The translations under genes were made by a program, and so were the position numbers. DNA of 64,000 bases from assembly GCA_950097015.1 (NCBI GenBank), contig CATNEN010000038.1, positions 25,668,001 to 25,732,000 of the forward strand, read 5' to 3'. This document shows, piece by piece, positions 12,343-23,563 of this stretch. The stretch comes from Macrostomum hystrix. Taxonomy: Eukaryota > Animalia > Platyhelminthes. The notes under the pieces were generated by a model. The model was not told the origin of the DNA. It did not search any database and saw only the letters and a list, made by a program, of their open reading frames with translations. The stretch's first letter is position 1. Each line of letters begins with the position of its first letter.

Positions 12343-12965
12343 TTACCGCAGTCGATGGTTCGAACACAGCACGGTTCGCTCGCTCTTTTGGCCGGTAATG
12401 CACATAATGTCACTCATACTGTGCCCAACTTCATGAAGATCTGCGATACGACTCACGCGAATGCAGTGATTCGTGTATACACGAGACAGATTTAGCTTCT
12501 TGCTAAGACGACTCATCAGACTGTTCATCCAGTTAATTTCGCGAGCCTGCTGCGTAGAGAAGCGCAGATTTCCTGTCTTGCAATCGTTCGGTAGTGACCG
12601 CGGGAACAGCGTGTTCTGATTGCGACCCGACGGAAGCATCGAAATATATCTCTGCACGAGCTCCCGCTGTTTTCCATACAATCTAGCTTGCTGTGATGTG
12701 TCGTCTTTACACCGCGTTGGGTCGGAACTCTGGTTCTTTGTTGGCAGCGAAGGAAGTGCCAAATAGGCTCTTGCCATCAGCATCTACATGTTCAGTCAGA
12801 GTGCTCGAATTCTGCAGAGCCTTTAAATGCTCATGTCCTCGCTCTCCAAAGATGTACAACAGTGTGAAAAGTACCTCCTCTTGAAGCTTCTCGCCGGTAC
12901 TACCATCGAAATAGTCTCGAAGCTTATGCATATCCGCCTCTTCGATTGCTTCAAATTGTTAGGTA
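12343..12965 (-). pseudogene. Crypton-type tyrosine recombinase (DUF3504/ZMYM-like) fragment nested in the P element
   Basis: KLRDYFD...KLQEEVLFTLLYIFGERGHEHLKAL and LMSRLSKKLNLSRVYTNHCIR...G...IMCITGQKS, matching the Y-T-N-H-x-x-R / T-G-H-K-S region; frameshifted. Confidence 0.75.
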
Positions 12966-13008
12966 GTTCCACCCTAATTATGAGGCCATTATTCAACTCT
13001 GCAACATA

Positions 13009-13710
13009 TAGCTTTTGCCATTCAATCTCAGTGTTTTGTCATTCATACTCAGCCCCCATAGAATTAATCCAGCCAGTTGGCGCGGTTTGGCCCATAAACT
13101 ATCGCTCTGTGCCATTCAATCTCGGGTTTTGTCATTCAAACTCAGGCTTTAATGTGGAGAAGGAATGTGGATAAGGAATGAACAGGTTATTATTCCTCAG
13201 CTCGGCTCATGTAACACAGGACCGAAAAACTGACTTGTTAAACTTGTTAAACATAATGCAGTTCATACACATTACAAGTCAAACACCTCTAGCATCATAG
13301 TGAGGAACATACGGATTTGAGCGGAATTGTTAAAGTCTTGGATCAGAACAATGACTCAGAGAAAAGGAATCTGCATAATGCACCGTGGATGCAGTCGGAT
13401 GCAGGCAATCTCCCAGTTTGCGGCCTTCAGAGTGTCCAGTGCAACGTGGCCCAGGCGCTCCATGTAAGCATATGGCCCATGTAAGTTGGGCCATGTAAGC
13501 AAATGCAATGGAAGAAATTTGTAATTTAGCTGTCTTTTTGGAGGACTGCGCTTGAGAGACCGAGCTTATAAAGCCTGAGTTTGAATGACAAAACCCGAGA
13601 TTGAATGGCACAGAGCGATAGTCATGGGCCAAACCGCGCCAACTGGCTGGATTAATTCTATGGGGGCTGAGTATGAATGACAAAACACTGAGATTGAATG
13701 GCAAAAGCTA
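13009..13710. mobile_element. MITE with ~140-bp TIRs and TA target duplication
   Basis: 13009-13150 is the near-perfect reverse complement of 13569-13710; flanked by TA on both sides; shares actcagc..cccatagaa / ggcccata motifs with the TIRs of 20158-21756. Confidence 0.88.
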
Positions 13711-13835
13711 TACTATTCAATCTACCATGATCTATTGCCCATCCAAAGCTGAGAAGAAATCTGAGCTGAAAATTGAGTTCTTCGCATGCACTTGCAACTG
13801 AGAGAGAGAATTTATTCTTGCTGAAACTAAATATC

Positions 13836-16306
13836 ATGCGGAGAAAATGCAGCGTCATTTTCTGTCGTGCGAACTACAATAGTTTGCAACAATTGTAATC
13901 GTGATCGGAATGTTGCAGTATTTTCTTTTCCTAAAGATGCAACTGAACGAGAGGCTTGGCGACTGTCTCTGCCTAATCAACTGACGGTAAGAATTTCTTC
14001 CTATGTGCTTTGTGAATCAGATTTAGCCTGGCCACATGAATTCATTAACAATTTTGTTGTTGTTTAAGACCGTGACAGACTACATGGGCGTGTGTGCTAA
14101 GCACTGGCCTCAAGATGCACCAATGATAAAAAAGGGAAGAAATGAAAGGCCGCTACATCCACCATCAGTTTTCGACGGAGTTCTAGAGTCCTGCCTCGTT
14201 CAAACACAAGGTTTGTGAAGTTCTACTGCTTTAATTCAAATATTCGAGCGTATTTGCACTCCATCAAATCGGGTCGAAATGAAGCACTAAGATGCGTGCT
14301 GGGATATTGCAGTGCGTGCCAGTCGACAGGCTGAGGGAAGGGGCGTGCTGTTGTCCGAACGATGCCTTTTCCAAGATGAACTAGTAGAATTTCGAGAGCG
14401 TGACACGCTGCCATCGTGGACTGAATTCCAAGCATCCATTCACTGTTCAGACGTAATAAAAGCACACCAGCTTATTGTTACCATTGTTCAAGAGGAGGTG
14501 TTTATCTACTCCTTAAGCGCCAATGCCGAAATGGTTCTGCGAGTTTTCGTTTCACCAAACTATTCCATGCGATGCTTTCGGTTACACTCACCAGTTGCGG
14601 TTCGAGATCTGCTTGGATTTCAACCAACATTAAAGTATTGGTTGCAACTTGAAGCTATCATAAATCGTTGTAAAAACTGTACAGTGGACGTCGAAAGTGA
14701 GGTGAGGGCATTATCTAAGAACCTTTCTATTGCCTTGTCTATTGTCACACAATCATAACAAAACTTCTCGAACAGTGCTCGCAATAATTTTGAAGCCATT
14801 GTTCGGTGGTAAGCCATTTGTTCTAAGGCTGCTACCGATTTTTCTTCTTTCCGCCGACTTTTTGTACCACCAGCTTCGAAAGTGCATTCAACTCGTCAAT
14901 CAACATGGAGGCCTCGTTGTGGCGCTTGTGTGTGACAACCATCCCACAAACAGAAAGTGCTTCTCGATGTTTGCTGCTCAACAGACGAAACCTTGGATCG
15001 GCAAATCTGAATCACAGGATTCTACTTTCTGTTTGCTCCATGATGTTGTGCACCTTTTGAAGTCAATACGGAACAATTGACAGTCTGAGTCTGATGGAAT
15101 GCTAACCGTTCGTTTGCTCGAGTCTGCAACAGTCGTCACGGCTTTGTAGAGCTGTATAAATATGAAGCGTATCACATTGCTAAGCGTACAGGCATTACAT
15201 ACGTAGCGTGTTTCCCAACAAATTTCCAAAAGACTAAAGTCAATTTAGCTCTTCAAGTTTTCTGCGTCAACGTTGCTGCCGCCCTAAAATGCGACGGGAA
15301 GAATGGAACAGCTGCATTCATTGACGTTATTTCGAAATTCTGGAAAATCGTGAACTGCAAGAACCCGCATCTTCATGTTAGACTTAAAGCAGTTCTGATT
15401 TATGACCCAGACAGACGGGCTGTCTATTCAGTATTCAGACAGCGCTTTGCGAATCGATTGAGGAGATGCGCAGTGGAAAGGGAAGAACAAGACACCAATC
15501 TCTGACGTCAGAGACGAAGATGTCATTAGCCTACACTATTCATGCAATCATAGAACTATGCGAACGACTGCTCTGCGAATCTGGTGCAACGTACATTCTC
15601 ATAGCGGAGTTGCAAAGTGATCCTCTGGAAGCAGAATTCGGTGTTCATCGCCAAATGAGCGGAGGCAATTACTCTATTTCAGTATAGCAAGTTTTTATCA
15701 GCGCGCGACTCCGACGAATGAAACTCTACACAGCGTTAGAGCTGTATCGATTTGCTGCGAATGACTTTGCTGCGACACGCCCCTTTCAGACGAAGAACTT
15801 TTGACGCTCGATGACCGCCGCTACGTCAAAGCTGAGAGCCTATCAATGGCCGAAAAGGCATATTTTTATTATATTGCAGTGACATGCAGTTCTAAGGCAT
15901 GCATTTGTGTTGAACTTGAATGGAAATAGCGATTGCTGAGGCATAATAATAACTTTTCAGGTTACATAACGTTTAAGGAGAAAATTACCGGTGAAGATCC
16001 TTGAGAAATTTAAACACTCACTCTGTGAATTTACTAAAATGATTTCCCGGGGAAAGTTGAAGCACCCGCCAAAGTGGCTGTTCAATTTTGCTTGCCTCTG
16101 TTTCGGATGCTTCATTTCGCTGCGATCACCGTCATGTGCTTTGCGAGTGCGGATATTGTTTGCTGCTGTTGGCGAGTTTTACTTCCCTGAAGCAGATGTT
16201 CTGTAATGCTGCGTGCGCCTCACCAACTGTTTCTTCAAGGGTTATGTTCAACGAGGAACAAAGAGCACTCCTTCGCCGGATAAAGTGCACGATAGAAAAA
16301 TACTGA
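13836..16306 (+). pseudogene. THAP-domain P-element transposase pseudogene
   Basis: MRRKCSVIFC...FSFPKD...W...VCAKHW (THAP, split by a small intron); VALVCDNHPTN; LHDVVHLLKSIRNN; LQSDPLEAEFGVHRQMSGGN; many stops and frameshifts. Confidence 0.88.
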
Positions 16307-16959
16307 AGCTGAGCGAACCTGGAGCAAACACTTCACCATTTATCATAGTCAGCTTTTGTCCCGTTCTGTGACTGTTATTTTCCTCTCTGTTTGTAGTTCA
16401 GATGAAGAAAGAATCGTAAATTTTTCTCGAGTTTCCTTATACATGTGCTGCATGTACAGCTTTCCCATTGTGTATTTTCTCGACGATTACTTTATGTAAT
16501 AAAACTATTCAACATTTAAGAAAACCAACCCTGCACCCGCCTTCCGACTGCCTATCAAAAAGTCAAATATGATACGAGTATACATTGGCAACTGAAAGCA
16601 TGCGCATACGGATGGGCCACAAAACAATGCTTTTAAACGAGCCTCATACCTTCTTCGCCATGAATGGGCTCATTTCCGGTCCTGAGTTACCAAGTTGTCC
16701 TTGGCAACGGCATTGAATGTATGACACACCGGGTATTATTTCAGCCTAGTAAAGTCGGCGGTCATTATTTCAGCCTTTGAGCGGCCATTATTTCAGCCTT
16801 GCGAATGGGGGTATTTGGGGTGTTTTCTGGGTAGCTTGTGCCATAGACTAAGATAATTGAGGTCAAAACTCAAGAAGAAGTGGGGAAGAAAAAAGAGTGA
16901 GAAGCGAGAAAGTGATAGCGGAAGAGCTGCAGAACACTTGAAAAGTTTGAAAGGAGATC

Positions 16960-17250
16960 ATGGCACTTATTAACTGGTCTCATTTGCCTGTGGATTCCCT
17001 GGACGGAGTTACGAGTTGTGAATTATCGTTACTTACGGAGCTGAGTAACAAGGCGCATCAGGACGATGCTGAACTTCAGGAATTCATCAACTTTTTGACC
17101 AACCAGAGCGACGTTGGAGAGCTTCAGGACCTACCAGTCAATGAAGTGACACTTAATTTGGACGCCGCTGAGCTGGAATCTTTGCCTAAGACCACACTGG
17201 AGCAAATGAAGCGCCATGGTGAAGGCTTTGAGGCTTTTTTATGGGAACAA
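16960..17250 (+). pseudogene. Possible N-terminal part of a Crypton-like protein
   Basis: LDAAELESLPKTTLEQMKRHGEGFEAFL loosely resembles Crypton N-terminal regions; frame continues into AT-rich non-coding-looking DNA. Confidence 0.3.
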
Positions 17251-18054
17251 ACGCTCTATCTTTTATTTCTAATCTATTTTTCATTTATCTACGAGTATAT
17301 AGATATCTTATCTATTTATCAATATATTCTATCTATCCTATCTATTTGCTACATGTTTGCCGTTCTTTGTGTACTTTGTTGGTTGTCTCTCTATTTGATT
17401 AATAAAACGATCTATGTACCACGTGTGGCAGTGCATAGTAGGATTTTTTACAGTGTCTATGGCCAAGAATGGTGGCAAAGGCTGAAAAATGGACGCGTTG
17501 GGCATGACATTACTTACCAGTGTGTCATACATAAAATAGCTCTGATTGTGCCACTGGCTGTGCGCTTTGGCCCGACTGAGCAAGATGCAATATCTACCAT
17601 GATTTTTCTTTAGAATATCAGGCGAGACGAGAGTCAAATAATTTTAGAAACGAACTCTCAAAAATATTTTTCTTGAAGCCCGAGATCTGGTGCATGTACA
17701 GAGGCTGGGCTTGTGACGACGCGCCATAGACTGCTAATAAAGAATAATGCAGAGACTCTGGCGGTATGCAGTTTTCGAGTCTTGATAGAAAGGAAGCTAA
17801 CTCAAAATGGTCGCTGCAGACATGTTTTACATGCTTATCTACGAAGTTCTATAAGAGTGATTTTCTGAAAAGACAAAACTTCTAGCTGTCGATTGTCTAA
17901 TGGGCTATATGCAAGCCTGCTGCAGAAAGCGCTTTTTGGCTGTTAAAATGGCTTCGATTCTTTTATGATTGGTAAAGGCTTCCCGTGGAAAGCTTTGCAA
18001 CAGTACATGTTGGCATTGAAGTCGAAAAAAGCAGAAAGATTTTTGTCATGAATA

Positions 18055-18095
18055 GACAGACTCACAGAATACACTGTGTATTCTGTGGACAGACT
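18055..18095. mobile_element. 25-bp palindromic transposon remnant with 8-bp TSD
   Basis: gacagact|cacagaatacactgtgtattctgtg|gacagact. Confidence 0.85.
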
Positions 18096-18684
18096 CAAAC
18101 AATAAAATACTTTTCAAGTCTGTAGTTGAGATAGACGAAATATGAGTAAAAGAGAATGCACGTTCAGAAAAAAAAGGAAATACGAGTACTTACTGGACTC
18201 GAGTAACAGAACGGTTAGCGCTTTTACCTCGCGTACCAAGGTCCCTGAGCTCGATTCCACTGCGAGGCCACATTTATTTGGGGAGCAGGCGCGGTGAGAA
18301 GGCTTGGTGGCTTGTGGTACAATTTAGGCCGATGAGGACTAACATAAAGAATCGTCATTCGTTAAAAAAAGTAATTTGTACATGACTTTAATGACCGCAT
18401 GATTGAGGTGCTGAAGAAAAATCGTGTTAACACCTCGTCAGGACTACTTGAAGCTGTGAACTTTTAGTCAGTATTAACTTTCAACAAGTCTCCGGTGTGT
18501 TAACATGCAGAGTGAACAAGCACGGAGTCTATGACTCCATCAGGTGGATGTTCCTGTTTACCTGTTCGTTGTCTACTAGAATAAAAATATAAGAGAAATT
18601 ATCTCCAGGAAAACGCAACTCACAAAATAGTTATCGCTTTAATTCTGATCTCTAACAATTTTCGCATAGTCGACCAATAAAAAC

Positions 18685-19735
18685 TCACTGGACCAAAGCG
18701 AAGAAGTTGCGGATCTCTGTCTCAGACATGGAGCTGTTGCCGATCGCAACGGCTCTCACGGTGCCCTTAAACATTCGGGCCTCGTTGTACCGTTTTCCGA
18801 ATTTGATGCAGTACTGAGATAAAAGGCGAATGTCAATCGAGTTCGACGCGGAGACGGCAACGGATGGTAAGAAAGACTCGCTCAGAAACATTTCCCAAGC
18901 GCTTGCCGTGAAATTCGAGGTGAAGCCGACATTGACCCACTCGGCTGCATTCACAGTCAGGACTGCGGCTTTGGTCATGTAAGACTTTGAGGCCTCGCTA
19001 ATGTGGGATTTGAAAAGCACATAAATCTTTGACACAGAGATGAACTCCCAAATGTGGTGATAGAAAGGTCCAGTAGCGAAGTTGGCGCAGTCCAGAAACT
19101 CAATGAGTGGCTGCACCTGAGGCGTTCTCTTCATCCGCAGCAGCACGGTGACGCCGGAGCCGAACGCGATGTCGCTCTTGTTCAGCGCCAAGTACGAGCT
19201 GCTCCCATCGAACGCGGCGCCGTCCTCCGTCCACTGGACGCCGATCGGATAGAAGCGGTTCGTCTCTTCATCAGCCTGGCACAGCACATTCTCCAATCTG
19301 GTCATGTCGTCTCCGAGCCACACATTTGTGAGCTTCGAGCTGAGCTTGCTCGGATAGCTGATTGGGAATCGGATGAGCACTCGGCAGTCGCTGCTCACAC
19401 CGGAGAGAAGCTGGCGACACACGGACTGGTAGCGGAAGAGATCGCACTGGAGAGAGGCCGCTCTGAACTGGGCAACCAGAATGGCATGTAGAAATGTGCT
19501 GGACGCCAGCATCGAGCAGTGCTGGTAGCTGACTGCAAACAAATTGTGAAAGGCTGCAGCCCCCGGTATGCACTGCACCTGCATGTGAGTCCAGGTGTCT
19601 CCGGACCGGCACATGCAGACAGTCAGCGAGCTCAGCAGCTGCACTGCTATCAGTAGATTTAAAACTGAAAACAAGGATTGTTGTGAGATTTCTATCTGAA
19701 AGCCAGAATATACCTTTTAACAATTTTTTGGACAT
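18685..19735 (-). CDS. Secreted PAN-like + LamG-like protein (copy 2); exons 19735-19714 and 19664-18685, ~333 aa
   Basis: Intact paralog of 9401-10375; ATG exon MSKKLLK joined through a short GT-AG phase-1 intron to VLNLLIAVQLL. Confidence 0.8.
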
Positions 19736-20157
19736 AAGTGAAGTTTATTTAGTCCATGGCCAGCTCAGTCCTAGAAAAGTGAGTTTGTTTTAGTCAGCAC
19801 TCGGTATACTAATCAGCGCCCTGTAAGCAGAGCTATGTATCCCAAAAACAACTGAGGATTCAGTATCCTTAAGTTGTCCTTGGTGTAACCTTAGCTAGAG
19901 ACGTACTTTTCATAGTCACATCATGTCACTTAGTTGACTCACCGAGTTTCATGATTTTGCACTTTTATAGGTGTTGATCTTGAAGGTAGTTGTCTGCAAC
20001 GCACAAAACTTTTTGATATACTAAACCAGCTGTGCAATCAAGTCGATTTAAACTCGCTGCTAGACTTGTCGTCTATTCATGAATAATCGTTTGCTATTGG
20101 CTGAAAATGGGGTTTATCCTTTGTCTAACGTATACCACTAGTGTACTAGTATAGCAT

Positions 20158-21756
20158 TACTCAACCTATCTCAGCCTACGAGCATCCGAACTCAGCTACC
20201 CATAGAAATCAATGGTGGCAAAGATGGGGGTTGGGCCCATAGACTGTCTCTTCGTGACAATCAAACTCAGCAGCACAGATTCTATATTACCTATTATATA
20301 TTCTATTATATATTATATATTATATATTATATTATATTATAGATTATATATTCTATATTCTATATATACAGCAGCACAGATAATATAGAATCTGTGCTCA
20401 TCAGTGAGCAACCAAACTCAGCCATATGCGTTTTCCCTTGCATTTTGTTTCTACGTGGCGCAACTGAGACCAACTTCTAACAAGGACAGAGCGCGCTTAA
20501 TCACTGCTTTTATTGAAGGGCAGAATTTGAACACCGCGTCGCGCATTCTGGGCATCAAGTTGAAGACCGCCAGACATATCGTTAGATGTTTTGAGCAGAC
20601 TGGAAGGACTGATGCGCTTCCGCGAGGTGGGAGGAAGGATGCAAGGTGCAAGATGGACGAAGAGATGAGGCAAGAGCTGACCAACATTGTAGATACCAAT
20701 CCATTTGCCACCCTGAACATCATGAGAGAGCAGCTGATAGAGAGACTGCCAAATAAGCCTGCTGTCTCAATTGCCACCGTGGCCAGAGCTCTGGAAGGTT
20801 CCCTGTACACTTTCAAAATCGGATCCAAAGATGCTTATTATCGATTGTTCGACTGCAGGCCAATTCGGCCGAAGTGATCGCTGCTCGACGGGAGTACGCA
20901 CAGCTGATGACGCATTTGCCACAAGAAGTCGTTGTCATCTACATTGACGAGACAGATTCCACAATCTGTAGTCTCAGGGCTGGTCTCCGAGGGGTCAGAG
21001 TGCGCCGGCAGTGCACAACCCAGCGTGGTCCCAACCTGACAATGTGCTTAGCCGTGTCATCAACCATTGGCCTGATCAAGACTGAGATCTTCCGAGGGGG
21101 CAAACTCGACAGCGTTTTCAACAGTTTGTCACTGAGCTCATTGAGCATGCTTACGGCCTTGTTGGCAATGCAAGAGTCGTAGTTGTTTGTGACGGTCCGA
21201 CCTTCCACCGCGGTGTCACAGTGCCTGCAGTCCATCAGCCACAGTTTTCCCTACAGCTGCTTCCTGCCTACTCGCCATTCCTCCACCCATGCGCGATGGC
21301 TCACAGCGCCGTGAAGTCTCGAATCCGGCAGCAGCTGGTTGATCCATCATTCGCTGAAGAAGAGTCTGGTGGCAAGCCTGACGGGGTGAATCGTGAGGAG
21401 TGGCGCTGCATCCTGCTGGAGCGAGTTGAAGGTTGCCCACTGGGAGGTCCACTGCAGCAGGAATTTTCACCGCTGCATCATGCAGCAGCCGTTCCTGTAA
21501 TTGATTAAACTTTCTCATTGATGTTCGTTCGTACGTGTTGCCTGTGTTTGCATGTTTGCCCGTGCGTTTGTCATCTTTAAAATGTAACCGCCTCTTGGCT
21601 TTATGGGAAATAAACGCATATGGCTGAGTTTGGTTGCTCACTGCTGAGTTTGATAGTCACGAAGAGACAGTCTATGGGCCAAACCCCCATCTTTGCCACC
21701 ATTGATTTCTATGGGTGGCTGAGATTGGATGCTCGTAGGTTGACATAGGTTAAGAA
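20158..21756 (+). mobile_element. Tc1/mariner (IS630-like) transposon with long TIRs and decayed transposase (~20404-21508)
   Basis: TIRs ~20158-20432 / 21612-21756; HTH-like N-terminus (ASRILGIKLKTARHIVR...PRGGR), IYIDET, VVVCDG, LLPAYSPFLHP; frameshifts. Confidence 0.88.
20274..20396. mobile_element. AT-rich insertion within the left TIR, with CACAGA termini and 8-bp TSD
   Basis: ctcagcag|cacagattctatatta...taatatagaatctgtg|ctcatcag; absent from the right TIR. Confidence 0.75.
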
Positions 21757-23563
21757 AAGGAATACAATTTTTTTAGGTAATTAGAGTAGTTTATTCCTAC
21801 AAGTGCACGTTATGTGTGTCGCACTACTTACATTGCATTCTGTCTGAAAAAGCTAGGAACTTATGCATACGAGCCTCATACTCGTAGCATCTTGTTAGCG
21901 CTTTGGAGAATGTAGGCAGTTTTTTGCAGATAGCATCGATTTTTCAACAGCCAATGAAAAAGTTTTCACACGGACCTTTTTCGGTTCCTTGTCGCTCTAA
22001 TAACTAAGTGCTATACAAGCATGCTGGATGGATAAGCCTTCCAAACTTTTATCGACGACTGTCACTTGGACGGCAGATTGTGGCTGCCTCAAACAATGAA
22101 AACTTTTTTACCTCTTAGACATTTTACATGTACTCGTGGGACAAAGCAGAGTATGTAAAGAGATAGAGTGACAAAATTTCTACGCTTAACTAATACTTGC
22201 ATCTATTTTACATCTGTGTGATGTGAAGCAATCGGTATTTAGGTCCCAGAGTCTCTATCAGACTATCTTTGTGACGCTTTTTTGTACATAGGATTCATAA
22301 TGTGTCATGATTTTCTAGGAAACAGGTGACACCAATTGAAGAACAGGTACAGCTCCGCCAAGGTGAAAGGTCAGTAGAGCTACAGAAGGCTGAGATGACA
22401 CACGTGCTTAAAATGCAATGTTGGTTTGCATACAGGAACCTTTAGTGCTGATTGAGTAAAAGCAATTTGCCAGCATTGCTGAGCTTATTATTTTTGCTCC
22501 TGGCATACTGTTAAACCAGCCAGAACTAGACATTCAGCAGCATAGACTGCAATATCTGTGATACATTTCGGTAGTCCATCCACACCCACACACGCGCAGT
22601 CTCTATCTGTTTCTACTCTACTTGTTGAAGGGCTCTCTCAAAGCTAATTCCACAACAAGCAAGCCCTGCCCCGCCCAAGCACGGAGTCTCGTCTAGCGAG
22701 GTCACGTGCTACTATACCAAGCTGACGAAACCATTTAGACTATAACGCACACAGCCTAGAGAATCGGACCCCAAAATACGATCCACGTCTCTTCATTCGC
22801 CAAGCTTCTTCTGGTTGTGCATGCATAGTACTTCGAACAATGGCCAGTGAGGGTGAGGTGAGAGTTGAGTAAACAACCAGTAATACCCCACCCGCCGGGT
22901 TACGAGCCGTTCGGTGTGAATGCTTGAATCGCCAGTTGTTTCTCCCGTCAGCCCTGGTTCTATAAAATCGTAATTTCCTTATTTACCTAATATTTTTCTG
23001 CACATGAAGTCTACATTCCTAAACGTTTGTCCGACGTAAAGCTTATTGATCTAAAGACTGTTGTAAATTGCACTGCTTTCGGAAGGAGGCAAATTTTAAA
23101 GCTAACGAATCAACTAAAAAACCAAGGGCACTAGTTATAAATAGGTAAGTTTTGCACAGTTTTTTTCGGATCAAATCGAAATTATATCGATCTAATATTA
23201 TTCGTATTTTATTTCGTATTGTCTTGTTGAGAAATATACGATAATTTACATTTGGAACTCTGAAGGGAGGCGGTCTTATAAAGTATGACGGTGATTTTTC
23301 AACAAGTCAAGGCTTGGGGACTTGTCGTGCAATTTACGCCATTGAGGGCCAACCTCCAAGGGACAGGTGTGTACACAGGTGTGTACACAAGCCCTGACTT
23401 TCTCATTGTAAAGGATTAGGAGTCATGCAAGATGCCTTAAGTCGTATCCCTACGACAAAGTCTCTAAAGGAAGTATTCTCTCTAGTGCTTAGAACTATCA
23501 AGGGGCCTATCTCAAGCAGTTGAAAAATATGATGACTTTCACAAATTTAATCTACAGCCAAGC

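Larger units (their letters stand above)
11767..16703 (+). mobile_element. P-superfamily (THAP9-like) DNA transposon, both ends present, transposase decayed
   Basis: ~80-bp imperfect TIRs starting CAAGGACAACTTG (11767-11847 / 16623-16703); perfect 8-bp TSD GCAACGGC at 11759-11766 and 16704-16711. Confidence 0.9.
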
